The translations under genes and the position numbers were made by a program. Positions 46,476 to 57,093 of a DNA stretch of 64,000 bases are shown one piece after another (position 1 is the stretch's first letter; every line of letters starts with the position of its first letter). Origin of the DNA: a virus (lineage: Duplodnaviria > Caudoviricetes); the IMG/VR virus record IMGVR_UViG_3300027749_000034. The stretch is one strand, 5' to 3'. Below the pieces are notes generated by a model, which had not been told where the DNA came from, searched no databases, and saw nothing but the letters and a program-made list of their open reading frames with translations.

Positions 46476-48035
46476 ATGGCACTTGAAAATAATTTTGTCA
46501 AGGCACCGTTCCAAGTAGAAAAGTTCACGGACGAAAATGTCCGTGAACTTGCCTTGTGTGCCCAAGATCCAGTTTACTTTATTGATACCTACTGTTGGGT
46601 ACAGCATCCAACCAGAGGTAAAGTTCCTTTTAAACTGTTTGATTATCAACGCGAACTAATCACTTGCTATCATGAAAATCGTTACAGTATCAACATGCTG
46701 GGTCGACAGATGGGCAAGACAGCATGTGCCGCGGCATACCTAGTATGGCGAGCCATGTTCATGGCAGATCAAACAATTCTTATTGCGGCACACAAGTATG
46801 CAGGTGCTCAAGAAATTATGCAACGAGTACGATTTACATACGAAACTCTTCCAACATTTTTAAAAGCTGGAGCAGTCAGTTACAACAAAGGTAGCATTGA
46901 CTTTGACAACGGCAGTCGTATTGTAAGTGCCACAACAACAGAAACAACAGCTCGTGGTATGTCACTGTCATTGATCTATTGTGACGAGTTTGCTTTCGTC
47001 AAGCCTAGGATTGCAACTGAGTTCTGGACATCAATCAGTCCAACATTGTCAACAGGTGGCAAGTGTATTATTACAAGCACACCTAACCAGGATGATGATC
47101 AGTTTGCCCGTATTTGGAAAGAAGCAACAAAGAATGTTGACGAGTACGGTAATACAAATAACACAGGCATTGGCCGTAACGGATTTGCACACATTAAATT
47201 TATTTGGAGCAAGCATCCAGACCGTGATATAGTATGGGCGCAAGTTGAACGCAGTAAGATTGGAGAAGAACGATTCCTACGCGAACACGAATGTGAATTT
47301 ATTATTGCTGATGAAACATTGATTCATCCAATGAAGCTTGTTAGCATGGAAGGCAAAGACCCAAGCAATAAAATGGGTCAGGTTAGAGTTTATAAATTTC
47401 CAGAGCGCAATGGATCTTATGTCATTGGATGGGATCCAAGTTTGGGCACAGGCGGAGATCCGGCCGCTATACAGATCTTCAAGATTCCAGAAATGGAACA
47501 GATTGCAGAATGGCAACATAACAAAACAGACATGCAAGGTCAATTGCGTACACTTGTATCTATTTTAAAATGGCTAAAAGATGAAACAGGCAACAACACA
47601 GAATTGTATTGGAGTGTTGAAAACAACACCATTGGCGAAGCCGCACTTATTAGTATTCGCGAATTTGGTGAAGAAAACATTCCAGGTACATTTGTACAAG
47701 AAATACGCAGAGCAGGACAGAGTCGAGGACGCCGCGGATTTGCTACCACACACAAGACAAAAATATCAGCATGCATGCGTTTAAAGAACTATGTAGAAGC
47801 TGATAAAATGACAATTCGTAGTCATAACTTGCTACGAGAACTGAAGAACTTCATTGCTCGTGGAGCCAGCTTTGCCGCAAAAGATGGCGAAACAGATGAC
47901 TTGGTAATGGCAACATTGCTGGTAATCAGGATAGTAGAAGTTGTTATGACATGGGATGTTGAAACCTACGAAAAGTTGGTTGATTATGGCTCAGAAGAGA
48001 TGATGAAGCCCATGCCTATTGGCTTTTTAAACTAA
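46476..48035 (+). CDS. gp17: Terminase large subunit
   Basis: RQMGKT Walker A, LIYCDEFAF Walker B, GWDP nuclease motif, DDLVMA. Confidence 0.95.
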   Translation: MALENNFVKAPFQVEKFTDENVRELALCAQDPVYFIDTYCWVQHPTRGKVPFKLFDYQRELITCYHENRYSINMLGRQMGKTACAAAYLVWRAMFMADQTILIAAHKYAGAQEIMQRVRFTYETLPTFLKAGAVSYNKGSIDFDNGSRIVSATTTETTARGMSLSLIYCDEFAFVKPRIATEFWTSISPTLSTGGKCIITSTPNQDDDQFARIWKEATKNVDEYGNTNNTGIGRNGFAHIKFIWSKHPDRDIVWAQVERSKIGEERFLREHECEFIIADETLIHPMKLVSMEGKDPSNKMGQVRVYKFPERNGSYVIGWDPSLGTGGDPAAIQIFKIPEMEQIAEWQHNKTDMQGQLRTLVSILKWLKDETGNNTELYWSVENNTIGEAALISIREFGEENIPGTFVQEIRRAGQSRGRRGFATTHKTKISACMRLKNYVEADKMTIRSHNLLRELKNFIARGASFAAKDGETDDLVMATLLVIRIVEVVMTWDVETYEKLVDYGSEEMMKPMPIGFLN

Positions 48036-48043
48036 ATACAATT

Positions 48044-48895
48044 ATGGCAACCGAACAAGATCTTTCAAGCGAAATAGCCGCCGCAGTTGCGGGCGTTAGT
48101 CACAATGCACACTATACAGATGCAGATGGTGCTGGTACCCTAAAACAAGCGGATGCTATCTATCAATACCTACCAGAGCAATCAGTTATGGTAATGGTTA
48201 ATCACGATGAAAATAAAGTTGAAATTTGGTTTGATCCAATCAAAACAGATAAAGAATGGTTTGAAGAAACATTCAAACCAACCATAGAGGAAATTGCACA
48301 CAGGAACTTATACCAACTGGTAATTAGAAGTTATGCTGGTGATATTACTCCAAAAAAACTGATTCATCGTACAGATGTTGCAGAAAGCCGTAACACTACA
48401 AAAACAAGTTACAAGCCATTGGGCGGCACCAAGCTAATTCTTCGCCACAGCAAACCTGTCACAGAAGAAAAGCCCGGTGCCCGTAGTCGCAACATTGGTG
48501 CAATATTTGTAGAGAAGGACGGCGAGCGTTTTCGCTATCCATACAACCATTTGCTTGGTGCCCGTGTCATGGCACTACATGTTGAGTCTGGTGGCAAGCC
48601 TTGGGACGACAACGGTTCTAAGATATTAGAAATTAGTCGTAGACGCAAGGACATTATGGAATTGCTTCGTTGGAGCAAGCGTCTGGATAACACTCAACAA
48701 ATTGATGAGATCCGTGAACGAGGACAAGCTGAAGTTGTGGCACTAAAGCGCACAATGGAAAGAGCGGCCCGTACAGGAGACTTGGTGGGTGTGTTTGAAT
48801 ACCAACTACCACCAAAGGATTCGGTGACTGAGCAATCTATGGTCAGCGAAGCAGTTGCTGAATTAGACAACGCACTAAACAAGCTACTAGGTTAA
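48044..48895 (+). CDS. Hypothetical protein (late promoter upstream)
   Basis: 283 aa; TAAATA at 48033-48038. Confidence 0.7.
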   Translation: MATEQDLSSEIAAAVAGVSHNAHYTDADGAGTLKQADAIYQYLPEQSVMVMVNHDENKVEIWFDPIKTDKEWFEETFKPTIEEIAHRNLYQLVIRSYAGDITPKKLIHRTDVAESRNTTKTSYKPLGGTKLILRHSKPVTEEKPGARSRNIGAIFVEKDGERFRYPYNHLLGARVMALHVESGGKPWDDNGSKILEISRRRKDIMELLRWSKRLDNTQQIDEIRERGQAEVVALKRTMERAARTGDLVGVFEYQLPPKDSVTEQSMVSEAVAELDNALNKLLG

Positions 48896-48899
48896 TTTA

Positions 48900-48921
48900 A
48901 AAAGCCCCTTGCGGGGCTTTT
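48900..48921. terminator. Bidirectional terminator between convergent genes
   Basis: AAAAGCCCC-TTGC-GGGGCTTTT. Confidence 0.85.
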
Positions 48922-48947
48922 GTTATACCAGTCTCTCAATGCTGATA

Positions 48948-50492
48948 TTAAAGAGTTGTATAACCCCAATTTACAACTTGACTAGTTCCACTATTGTTAG
49001 TAATACCAAATGTAAATACATTGGCAGTCGTAGTACTAACTACAGCAGTACTAATATTGTTCTGAGTTCCAACAATCTGTGTAGGTATTGCTGTAAGTAC
49101 CAATGCATTACCGGCTGCATAATACCAACCATAACTACTGCCTAATACTGGAACATTGGTATTTGTAACAATCACTGTAGCAGTATATGTAACAATACCA
49201 TTTGGAATATTTCCTCTAACCCATATTGAGTAAGTACCATTTATCGGTACTGTGAGACTTACTGTGTTAGCACCTGCTGACAATGTCCAACTACCTGTTG
49301 TTTGTGTAGCGACATTCGAAAGTTGACTGCCATCACCTACAAATTTAACTGTTGATGCCGTTTGCGTAATACTACCAATTTTTGTGCCAGCCGCATTAAG
49401 GAAGTTAATGGCAGTGGTGTTATCATTGGTCGGTTGCAAAGTCATACCATGTTGGGTACCTGCACCTGCATACTTGACGCCCAATGTTGAGTAATATCCG
49501 GTAACTTGTGAGTATCCGCCAAGTAGTGTAGTTCCGCTCACAGCCAAGGATGACAGTGTGCCCACTGAAGTTAAACTACTAGCAGTTACACCGCTGGCCA
49601 ATGTTGTACCAGTTAAATTTGCGGCTGCAACTGGTCCAGTGGCTCCTGTGTCGCCTTTTGCGCCAGTGGCTCCTGTGTCGCCTTTTGCTCCGGCAGGTCC
49701 TGTTGCGCCAGTGGCTCCAGTAGCACCTGTAGCACCTGTAGCACCTGTAGCCCCTGCGGCACCTGTATCGCCTTTTGGCCCAGCAGTACCTTGTATGCCT
49801 TGCGGCCCTTGAGCACCAGCCACACCTGCGGCACCAGTGTCTCCTTTTGGTCCCGTAGCACCAGCAGGTCCCGTAGCACCAGTGTCTCCTTTTAGGCCCG
49901 TAGCCCCTGTATCTCCTTTGAGTCCTTGAGCACCAGCCACACCATTTGCACCAGCCACACCATTTGCGCCAGCAGGCCCCGCGGCACCTGTATCACCCTT
50001 GATACCTTGTGCGCCTGTATCTCCTTTTGGTCCGCGAGTACCTGTATCGCCTTTTACACCTTGAATTCCTTGTGCGCCCGTATCGCCGGTGTTACCTTTT
50101 TCCCCTTGTATACCTTGTACACCACGAGCACCTGCCAGCCCTTGCGGTCCCGGATTCCCTTGAATTCCTCGCGGACCAGCCGGACCCACTGGACCCACTG
50201 TTAAAATTGGTGTATTGGTTAAGTCGTTGTAGTCACCACTAAACAAGATAGGTTTGTCAATTAGGTCAGCATAAGATCCGCTGGTCGCTACTGTAGCAAA
50301 TATTGGTTTACCTGTAAGTGTTGTCCAGTTGATAGCACTGTTACCACCTTGAATCAACTCTCCACCTGGTGTTTCGCCATCGTGATAGTATAACGAACCA
50401 TCTCTATAGGTAATTTCACCTAATCGTCCTGGATGTTCTGCCGGGTTACCAACATCATTTACCTTATAGCTAAAAAATTTACGAAACGTCAT
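48948..50492 (-). CDS. Collagen-like fibre protein
   Basis: N-terminal GRLGEITY...YHDGETPGG (Mtd_N-like), 63 uninterrupted Gly-X-Y triplets, beta-rich C-terminus; TAAATA at 50530-50535. Confidence 0.85.
   Translation of the reverse strand: MTFRKFFSYKVNDVGNPAEHPGRLGEITYRDGSLYYHDGETPGGELIQGGNSAINWTTLTGKPIFATVATSGSYADLIDKPILFSGDYNDLTNTPILTVGPVGPAGPRGIQGNPGPQGLAGARGVQGIQGEKGNTGDTGAQGIQGVKGDTGTRGPKGDTGAQGIKGDTGAAGPAGANGVAGANGVAGAQGLKGDTGATGLKGDTGATGPAGATGPKGDTGAAGVAGAQGPQGIQGTAGPKGDTGAAGATGATGATGATGATGATGPAGAKGDTGATGAKGDTGATGPVAAANLTGTTLASGVTASSLTSVGTLSSLAVSGTTLLGGYSQVTGYYSTLGVKYAGAGTQHGMTLQPTNDNTTAINFLNAAGTKIGSITQTASTVKFVGDGSQLSNVATQTTGSWTLSAGANTVSLTVPINGTYSIWVRGNIPNGIVTYTATVIVTNTNVPVLGSSYGWYYAAGNALVLTAIPTQIVGTQNNISTAVVSTTTANVFTFGITNNSGTSQVVNWGYTTL
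49629..50195 (-). repeat. Collagen (Gly-X-Y)63 repeat
   Basis: 567 nt counted by hand. Confidence 0.9.
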
Positions 50493-50694
50493 TTAAAATC
50501 CTTCAATGCCAAAAAATTGGGCTTTGGGTTATTTACCAATTTGTCCAAAATGGCAAAAATAGATTGATTTGGCTATTGCTCTTTGACTGCAATCATAAGT
50601 ATAATACAACACATGCCCAAACAATTGAAGCGTGTGTTGTTTGACCCATTAGGGTCTAACACTAATATTGGCTAATACATAAAGGAAATTTATC

Positions 50695-51678
50695 ATGGCA
50701 TCTTTAGCAGAAATCCGCGCTCGCTTAGCCGAGCAAGCACAAAAGTCTGGTGGTTCTAATACCAGCACCGGTGATAACGCAATTTACGCACACTGGAACA
50801 TCCCCGAAGGCACATCCGCATCAATGCGTTTTCTCCCAGATGGAGATGACACTAATACATTCTTCTGGCGTGAGCGTCAGATGATTCGTATTCCGTTCAG
50901 CGGAGTAGCAGGTCAGGACGAAACTAAGAAAGTTGTTGTACAAGTACCTTGCGTTGAAATGTGGGGTGAGACTTGTCCAGTTCATGCTACCATTCGTCCT
51001 TGGTTCAAGGACCCTAACCTAGAAAAACTAGGTCGTACATACTGGAAGAAACGCAGTTATGTGTTCCAAGGCTTTGTTGTCAACAGCCCAATGGAAGAAC
51101 AAAGCACACCGGAAAATCCAGTACGCCGATTCATCATCAGCCCACAGATTTTTACAATCATCAAGCAAGCACTGATGGATCCTGACATGGAAGAATTGCC
51201 AACTGATTATCAGCGTGGCACAGACTTCCGTCTTAACAAAACCCAAAAGGGCGGATACGCAGACTACTCAACAAGCGGTTGGGCCCGTAAAGAGCGTGGC
51301 TTAAACGAAACTGAACTGCAAGCAATTGCACAACATGGTTTGTTTAATCTCAACGACTTTATGCCCAAGCGTCCAGGTGTTGACGAAGTCCGTGCCATCA
51401 TGGAAATGTTTGAAGCGTCAGTTGATGGTCAGTTGTATGATCCCAACAAGTGGAGCAAGTTCTATCGTCCAAGTGGCGTTCAGATTGTTGGCGCCACAGG
51501 AGCAGTGGCTGATGCAGATGAAGATACACCTGCACCTGCTGTCAGCAAGCCTGCACCAGCACCGATGGCAAGTTCAGCACCTGCTCAAACAACTGCAACA
51601 GCACCATCCGATAGTGGAACAGCTAAGCCAAGCGTTGACGACATCCTTAAGATGATTCGTAACCGTAGCACAACTTAA
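50695..51678 (+). CDS. gp32: Single-stranded DNA-binding protein
   Basis: MRFLP, PCVEMWGETCPV, YWKKRSY, GYADYSTS; AAAGGA SD. Confidence 0.88.
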   Translation: MASLAEIRARLAEQAQKSGGSNTSTGDNAIYAHWNIPEGTSASMRFLPDGDDTNTFFWRERQMIRIPFSGVAGQDETKKVVVQVPCVEMWGETCPVHATIRPWFKDPNLEKLGRTYWKKRSYVFQGFVVNSPMEEQSTPENPVRRFIISPQIFTIIKQALMDPDMEELPTDYQRGTDFRLNKTQKGGYADYSTSGWARKERGLNETELQAIAQHGLFNLNDFMPKRPGVDEVRAIMEMFEASVDGQLYDPNKWSKFYRPSGVQIVGATGAVADADEDTPAPAVSKPAPAPMASSAPAQTTATAPSDSGTAKPSVDDILKMIRNRSTT

Positions 51679-51685
51679 TTGCTGA

Positions 51686-51712
51686 AAGAGGGTAGAGCGA
51701 TTCTACCCTCTT
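51686..51712 (+). terminator. Terminator-like hairpin
   Basis: AAGAGGGTAGA-GCGAT-TCTACCCTCTT. Confidence 0.7.
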
Positions 51713-51732
51713 AATTTCTACTAGAGGATAAC

Positions 51733-52827
51733 ATGGCGCAAAAAGCATTTGACGTTTCTAAGTTTCGTAAAAACTTAACCAAAGCCATTCCAGCAATGAG
51801 CTCTGGCTTTAACGATCCGCGAGATTGGATCAGTACAGGCAATCATACACTTAACTATTTGATGACTGGCGACTTTGGTCGTGGCATTCCACTTGGTAAG
51901 GTTACTATGTTTGCTGGTGAATCCGGTTCGGGCAAAAGTTATATCTGTTCGGGCAACCTGGTTCGACATGCACAAAAGCTGGATATACTTCCAGTTATAC
52001 TAGACAGTGAAAACGCACTGGATGAAGACTGGTTACGGTCATTGGGCATTGATACTGCACCGGACAAGTTGATGCGCTTTGGTGTATCAATGATTGATGA
52101 AGTGGCAAAGTTTATTTCTGAGTTCATGAAAGAATACAAAGAGGCCTACGCAGATCTTCCATACGAAGAACAAAAGAAGGTATTGTTTGTAATCGATTCT
52201 GTTGGTATGTTGTTGACTCCAACAGACATTAACCAGTTTGAAGCAGGTGATATGAAAGGTGACATGGGTCGTAAGGCCAAGGCATTGACAGCTCTTATTA
52301 AGAATACTGTTAATCGTATTGCTCCGCATCCAGTTGGCTTGGTAGTTACCAACCATACATACGCAAGCCAAGACATGTTTGACCCCGATGACAAAATCAC
52401 TGGTGGATCAGGCTTTGTTTACGCCAGCTCAATGGTGGTGGCCATGAAAAAGCTCAAACTTAAAACGGATGCTGATGGCAACAAGACCACTACAGTAAAT
52501 GGTATTCGTGCCGCTTGTAAGATTATGAAAACACGCTATTCAAAACCCTTTGAAAGTGTGCAAGTAGAAATTCCGTGGACAACTGGTATGGATCCATACA
52601 GCGGCCTGGTAGACTTGTTTGAAGCTCGTGGCTGGCTCAAGAAAGAAGGCAACAAACTGGTGTATACCACATTGGATGGTGAGATTATTAAAGAATTCCG
52701 TAAAGGTTACTCCGATGGAATTTTAGATAAGATCATGACAGACATTGTGGCCCGTGGTACAGACTTGGCTTACCAAGGCGCTATTAGCCCCAATGGCGAA
52801 ATAGACGCAGAAGTAGCCGAGGCCTAA
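51733..52827 (+). CDS. uvsX: RecA-like recombinase
   Basis: FAGESGSGKS P-loop, DSENALD, IDSVG, TNHTY, GGSGFVYASS. Confidence 0.93.
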   Translation: MAQKAFDVSKFRKNLTKAIPAMSSGFNDPRDWISTGNHTLNYLMTGDFGRGIPLGKVTMFAGESGSGKSYICSGNLVRHAQKLDILPVILDSENALDEDWLRSLGIDTAPDKLMRFGVSMIDEVAKFISEFMKEYKEAYADLPYEEQKKVLFVIDSVGMLLTPTDINQFEAGDMKGDMGRKAKALTALIKNTVNRIAPHPVGLVVTNHTYASQDMFDPDDKITGGSGFVYASSMVVAMKKLKLKTDADGNKTTTVNGIRAACKIMKTRYSKPFESVQVEIPWTTGMDPYSGLVDLFEARGWLKKEGNKLVYTTLDGEIIKEFRKGYSDGILDKIMTDIVARGTDLAYQGAISPNGEIDAEVAEA

Positions 52828-52829
52828 CA

Positions 52830-53213
52830 ATGGCTGACAACCATGATGAATGGTTGCAGGAACAAGGAGTAAGGGTCATTGAAAAGCGACCCTTACGCCG
52901 TGCATTGTTCCAGCCGTTTTCTTTTAGAGAATCGCCTGACATTGACACAGCAATTACATACAGTGACTATGAAGAGCATCTTTATAAAATTGAAGTAACA
53001 GGTGCAATGCTTAAAAAATGGCAGATGTGTGAGGCCAGACTGGATCATGTAATTAGATATGCAGACAAACAGGATACTTCTCCAACAAGTTTTTACCTTG
53101 ACAACAGAGCCAAGCACCAAGATATGTTGGTAAACAATCCCATGTACCGAGAAGCCTGGAAAGAGTTTCAATCCATTCGTGCCTTGCTTGGACAAGATAC
53201 CTATTGGCCTTGA
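52830..53213 (+). CDS. Hypothetical protein
   Basis: 127-aa ORF in operon. Confidence 0.65.
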   Translation: MADNHDEWLQEQGVRVIEKRPLRRALFQPFSFRESPDIDTAITYSDYEEHLYKIEVTGAMLKKWQMCEARLDHVIRYADKQDTSPTSFYLDNRAKHQDMLVNNPMYREAWKEFQSIRALLGQDTYWP

Positions 53214-53237
53214 CAACATTTTATGTTATAATATGCT

Positions 53238-53450
53238 ATGCTGATAAAAACTTTGATCGAACAGCTTCAAACATTGTATGAAAAAGAAATGATTCATGCT
53301 GATGTTATGGGTGAACCAGAAATCATGATTGACTGTTTTAAACGAGTTGAGCAAGGCGTATTTCAGTATGCTGGCTTTAGCAACCAAGTGAGGATTGAAA
53401 GAAGCGCAGATGGAGTGTACGCAATACTAAGTGGGTTTGTAGATGATTAA
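53238..53450 (+). CDS. Hypothetical protein
   Basis: 70-aa ORF. Confidence 0.55.
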   Translation: MLIKTLIEQLQTLYEKEMIHADVMGEPEIMIDCFKRVEQGVFQYAGFSNQVRIERSADGVYAILSGFVDD

Positions 53451-53901
53451 AAAATTAATGCAACAACTTGGACGACACAGAATTATTTTAGATCGTCGAA
53501 GCAGTGAACCGTTGTTGGAACGCTACTATGTGTTTCTTCGAGATCGTACCTGGTTTCCATTCAACATCTTTGTGCATAAGTTTTGCAAAAGTGATCCAGA
53601 TGATGTGCATGATCATCCGTGGCCGTATTTTACATTGATTCTAAAAGGTGGATACTATGAATGGATTCCGCAATTTGACAAACACGGCAACAAGTTTGGT
53701 GAAATGGCACATTGGAGAAAACCTGGTCACTTTAGAATCTGTAGCAGTAGGTCTTATCATCGTATCGAGCTTGATCCAGACGTCATATGTTGGTCATTGT
53801 TCGTGCCTGGACCAAAGCAAAGAGAATGGGGATTCCTAGTTAAGAATAAATGGATTCACAATGAAGAATACCTTTCACAAATGGCAAAACAAAACAACTG
53901 A
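53443..53901 (+). CDS. Cupin-like (RmlC/DSBH) protein
   Basis: HKFCKSDPDDVHDHPW...LILKGGYYE...YHRIEL. Confidence 0.7.
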   Translation: MIKKLMQQLGRHRIILDRRSSEPLLERYYVFLRDRTWFPFNIFVHKFCKSDPDDVHDHPWPYFTLILKGGYYEWIPQFDKHGNKFGEMAHWRKPGHFRICSSRSYHRIELDPDVICWSLFVPGPKQREWGFLVKNKWIHNEEYLSQMAKQNN

Positions 53902-53955
53902 TGCGACTAAGTATCGCAGTATCAAAACGATACACTTTTTGGAGAATTAATTAGC

Positions 53956-54192
53956 ATGACAGAATCCGGAGAAATGTTAGCCGAAACATGGCTGGCTCTT
54001 AAACCTTACATTGATAAAAAAGAAAGACAAGATGCGGCTCTGGCCTTTTTAAGAGTGGCGGAAAATTTTGTAGACTTAGAAGGTTGCCGTAAAGATGCAA
54101 AAGGATCAGACTCTGCATTGGATAATGCATTTGCAGAAATTCTAGGCGAGGATGAAGAATCTGAACAAGATGATGACGAAGAGGAATATTGA
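53956..54192 (+). CDS. Small acidic hypothetical protein
   Basis: 78 aa with GGAG SD and poly-acidic tail. Confidence 0.65.
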   Translation: MTESGEMLAETWLALKPYIDKKERQDAALAFLRVAENFVDLEGCRKDAKGSDSALDNAFAEILGEDEESEQDDDEEEY

Positions 54193-54653
54193 TGAGTCAA
54201 TGGTATAGAAAAGTAGCCGGTGATATTGGTCAGTTACCTGACTGTATTGCCTACTTTGAAAACCAATTGGCCGAAGCTCGTGCTGAATTAAAAATGTCTG
54301 GTAGCCTAGAGCGAGCCAGTAGAGATATGCCAGGTATTGTAGAATTTCGTTTCAATCAGCTACAAGAGATAGAAGCAATACTTGAGCATCTCAATATTGA
54401 ATTAAGAAAACTCCGTAGTGCCAAGTTCCGACAATTTACAGAACACTACAATCGCGCACTGACCAGTCGCGATGCTGAAAAGTATGTAGACGGCGAACCC
54501 GAAGTGTCTGACATGGACAGTATTGTCAATGAGTTTGCATTGGTCAGGAACAAGTATCTGGGTCTAATAAAAGGCATTGACATCAAGCAATGGCAATTGA
54601 GCAATGTGATCAAGCTTCGTGTAGCAGGCATGGAAGATGCAGAGTTAAGTTAG
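54189..54653 (+). CDS. uvsY: Recombination mediator UvsY-like
   Basis: Helical; YNRALTSRDAEKYVDGE...KYLGLIKGIDIKQWQLSNVIKLRVAGME. Confidence 0.8.
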   Translation: MMSQWYRKVAGDIGQLPDCIAYFENQLAEARAELKMSGSLERASRDMPGIVEFRFNQLQEIEAILEHLNIELRKLRSAKFRQFTEHYNRALTSRDAEKYVDGEPEVSDMDSIVNEFALVRNKYLGLIKGIDIKQWQLSNVIKLRVAGMEDAELS

Positions 54654-54768
54654 TGCGTACTAACTAAAAAACAGCAAAAAGTGCAAAAATCCCACACTTT
54701 TTAAGCTGATAATGTAAAAACTCCAACAAAATCAATGACTTATAGCACCAGAAAGTGCAATAAAAAGG

Positions 54769-54797
54769 TTGACCTTTGGGCCTAGCTAGCATATAAT
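54769..54797 (+). promoter_or_regulatory. Sigma70 promoter TTGACC-N17-TATAAT
   Basis: Near consensus. Confidence 0.8.
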
Positions 54798-54835
54798 ACA
54801 TACATGATGCAGAAAAACACTACTAAAACAACCCG

Positions 54836-54853
54836 TGTTGCAAAAATGCAACA
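54836..54853. promoter_or_regulatory. Palindrome TGTTGCA-N4-TGCAACA, operator-like
   Basis: Perfect 7-bp inverted repeat between tandem promoters. Confidence 0.45.
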
Positions 54854-54868
54854 AAGCAAAAAAAGAGG

Positions 54869-54897
54869 TTGCAAAGTAGTCTGTTTTGTAGCATAAT
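54869..54897 (+). promoter_or_regulatory. Second sigma70-type promoter TTGCAA-N17-CATAAT
   Basis: Correct spacing, 40 bp before ATG 54938. Confidence 0.6.
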
Positions 54898-54937
54898 AGA
54901 GTTTGTGTTTAATCATTCCACGCAAAGGAACCCAAAA

Positions 54938-55996
54938 ATGTCAGCATACATTACAATCAAGAACGGTACATACCGTAGCTTCAACATTAACAATCAGACT
55001 TTCCAGTTGATTGCAGATTACAAAGAAGGCACCAAAGGTGGCTATGTTACTGTACTAGGTGACGAGAGCCTTGGTGAGTTTGCAGGCCGCGAAGTGCGTA
55101 TTAAAGTGGCATCTATGCGAGATGTTGAGCCAGCCAGTGCCGCGGATTGCGCCACAACCAGCATTGAAGCTAACTACGATGCACCCAAGCGTAAAGAAAA
55201 GCCAATGCAATTAGAAACAGACGAACAAGCAATTACCCGTATCCGTGAGCGTTTTGACATTTTGGAAGAAATGACAGAAGGCGCTGTTGACGGCTCAGTC
55301 CGTGCAATGATTGTTGTTGGCCCTCCAGGAGTTGGCAAGAGCTTTGGTGTTGAGAAAGTTCTCAACAAGGCCGCAATGTTTGACAAGATTGGTGGCAAGC
55401 GTCCTCGCTACGAAGTGGTCAAAGGTGCAATGAGCGCCATTGGTTTGTATTGCAAACTATATCAGTTCAGCGACGAAGGCAATGTCTTAGTGTTTGACGA
55501 CTGTGACAGCATCTTGCTTGACGACTTGAGCTTGAACATTTTGAAAGCCGCTTTGGATACTAGCAAGAAGCGTACTATTTCTTGGAACACTGACAGCCGT
55601 ATGCTTCGTGCAGAAGGCGTGCCAGACAAGTTTGACTTCAAAGGTAGTGCAATTTTCATTACCAACATTAAGTTTGAGCATGTTAGGTCTGCCAAACTCA
55701 AGGATCACTTGACAGCATTGGAGAGCCGTTGTCACTATCTGGACTTGACAATGGATACCACCCGTGACAAAATGTTGCGTATCAAACAGATCACCATGGA
55801 TGGTATGTTGGATGCGTATGATTTTGAAGAAGGTGCCACTAAAGAAATTTATGAGTATGTTGACACTAACAAGGACCGCTTGCGCGAGTTGAGCTTGCGT
55901 AGTGTTATCAAGATTGCAGACTTGAAGAAGATGTCAGGCGCTGGCGATCGTTGGAAGCGTTTGGCAGAAACTACAGTAATGAAGCGAGCAGAATAA
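54938..55996 (+). CDS. P-loop AAA-type ATPase of unknown function
   Basis: GPPGVGKS Walker A, VLVFDDCD Walker B, IFITN, SRC; start moved to ATG 54938 (AAGGA SD). Confidence 0.85.
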   Translation: MSAYITIKNGTYRSFNINNQTFQLIADYKEGTKGGYVTVLGDESLGEFAGREVRIKVASMRDVEPASAADCATTSIEANYDAPKRKEKPMQLETDEQAITRIRERFDILEEMTEGAVDGSVRAMIVVGPPGVGKSFGVEKVLNKAAMFDKIGGKRPRYEVVKGAMSAIGLYCKLYQFSDEGNVLVFDDCDSILLDDLSLNILKAALDTSKKRTISWNTDSRMLRAEGVPDKFDFKGSAIFITNIKFEHVRSAKLKDHLTALESRCHYLDLTMDTTRDKMLRIKQITMDGMLDAYDFEEGATKEIYEYVDTNKDRLRELSLRSVIKIADLKKMSGAGDRWKRLAETTVMKRAE

Positions 55997-56046
55997 CAGC
56001 TGAAGTTACCGGGAGGCATCGTGTCTCCCGTATTTAGGAATATGAT

Positions 56047-57093
56047 ATGCGTAAACTAGCAACCATACGAACGATAGACGAAATCCGGGCAATCCCAAAT
56101 GCCGACGCAATTGAATGTGCAGTGGTAGGCGGCTGGACTGTGGTTATTAAAAAGGGCGAATTTAAAGTAGGCGAAGCGGCTGTCTATTGTGAAATTGACA
56201 GTTGGATTCCTACAGCACTTGCCCCATTCCTCAGCAAAGGTCAAGAGCCTCGGATATACGATGGCATTCCGGGTGAGCGTCTGCGTACAGTAAAACTTCG
56301 CGGACAGTTGAGTCAAGGCTTGCTTCTTAGGTATTGGGATTTTCCCAAAGTGGTAGAGGAATTTCATAAGACTCGCTTGGCATCTGATGAGCCGTTTGAT
56401 GTTACTGAAATTTTAGGCGTTGTAAAATACGAACCTCCTGTACCAGCACACTTGGCAGGTGAGGTGCGTGGTCTGTTTCCAACATTTATTCCAAAGACAG
56501 ATCAAGAGCGTGTTCAAAATCTAAGCACAGAGTTTGCACAATGGCAGGCTGACCAAGTCAAGTGGGAAGTAACCGAGAAGCTGGATGGCTCGTCAATGAC
56601 AGTATATGTCAATGGTGATGATCATGGAGTATGTAGTCGCAACTTGAACCTTAAGGATACAGAAGGCAATACACTTTGGAAAGTGGCACATCGTGATCAA
56701 ATCATTTCTGCCATTGCCGAAAGCGGTCGCAATCTTGCGGTGCAAGGTGAAATTGTAGGTGAAGGCATTCAGGGCAATCCTTACAAGATTAAAGGTCAAA
56801 GTTTTTACACATTTGACATTTATGACATTGATGCCAGGCGCTATTTCAATCCAACGGAGCGGAATGAGTTTTGTGAGCTGTATCAACTGTTGCATGTACC
56901 CGTGGTGGCATTTAAAGCTGAGCCATATGATACATTGGGCATTGTGACCATTGCTGACATGTTGAAATTTGCAGAAGGCAAAAGTGACCTTAATGCTCAA
57001 ACGGAAAGAGAAGGTGTCGTGTTTAAAGCACACTCACTTGATCAATCCTTTAAGGCCATCAGCAACAGGTTCTTGTTGAAAAGCAAGGATTAA
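56047..57093 (+). CDS. RNA ligase, Rnl2/DRB0094-like
   Basis: EKLDGSS motif I, QGEIVG, FDIYD, EREGVVFK, KAISNRFLLK. Confidence 0.88.
   Translation: MRKLATIRTIDEIRAIPNADAIECAVVGGWTVVIKKGEFKVGEAAVYCEIDSWIPTALAPFLSKGQEPRIYDGIPGERLRTVKLRGQLSQGLLLRYWDFPKVVEEFHKTRLASDEPFDVTEILGVVKYEPPVPAHLAGEVRGLFPTFIPKTDQERVQNLSTEFAQWQADQVKWEVTEKLDGSSMTVYVNGDDHGVCSRNLNLKDTEGNTLWKVAHRDQIISAIAESGRNLAVQGEIVGEGIQGNPYKIKGQSFYTFDIYDIDARRYFNPTERNEFCELYQLLHVPVVAFKAEPYDTLGIVTIADMLKFAEGKSDLNAQTEREGVVFKAHSLDQSFKAISNRFLLKSKD

Noticed and set aside
53210-53237. Sigma70 promoter TTGACA...TATAAT before the 70-aa ORF
   Set aside because: Spacing is only 11 bp; the alternative -10 (TATGCT, 16 bp) is too weak to call.
54804-54896. 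30-codon ORF between the tandem promoters
   Set aside because: No SD, and it overlaps the promoter and palindrome elements; more likely regulatory DNA.
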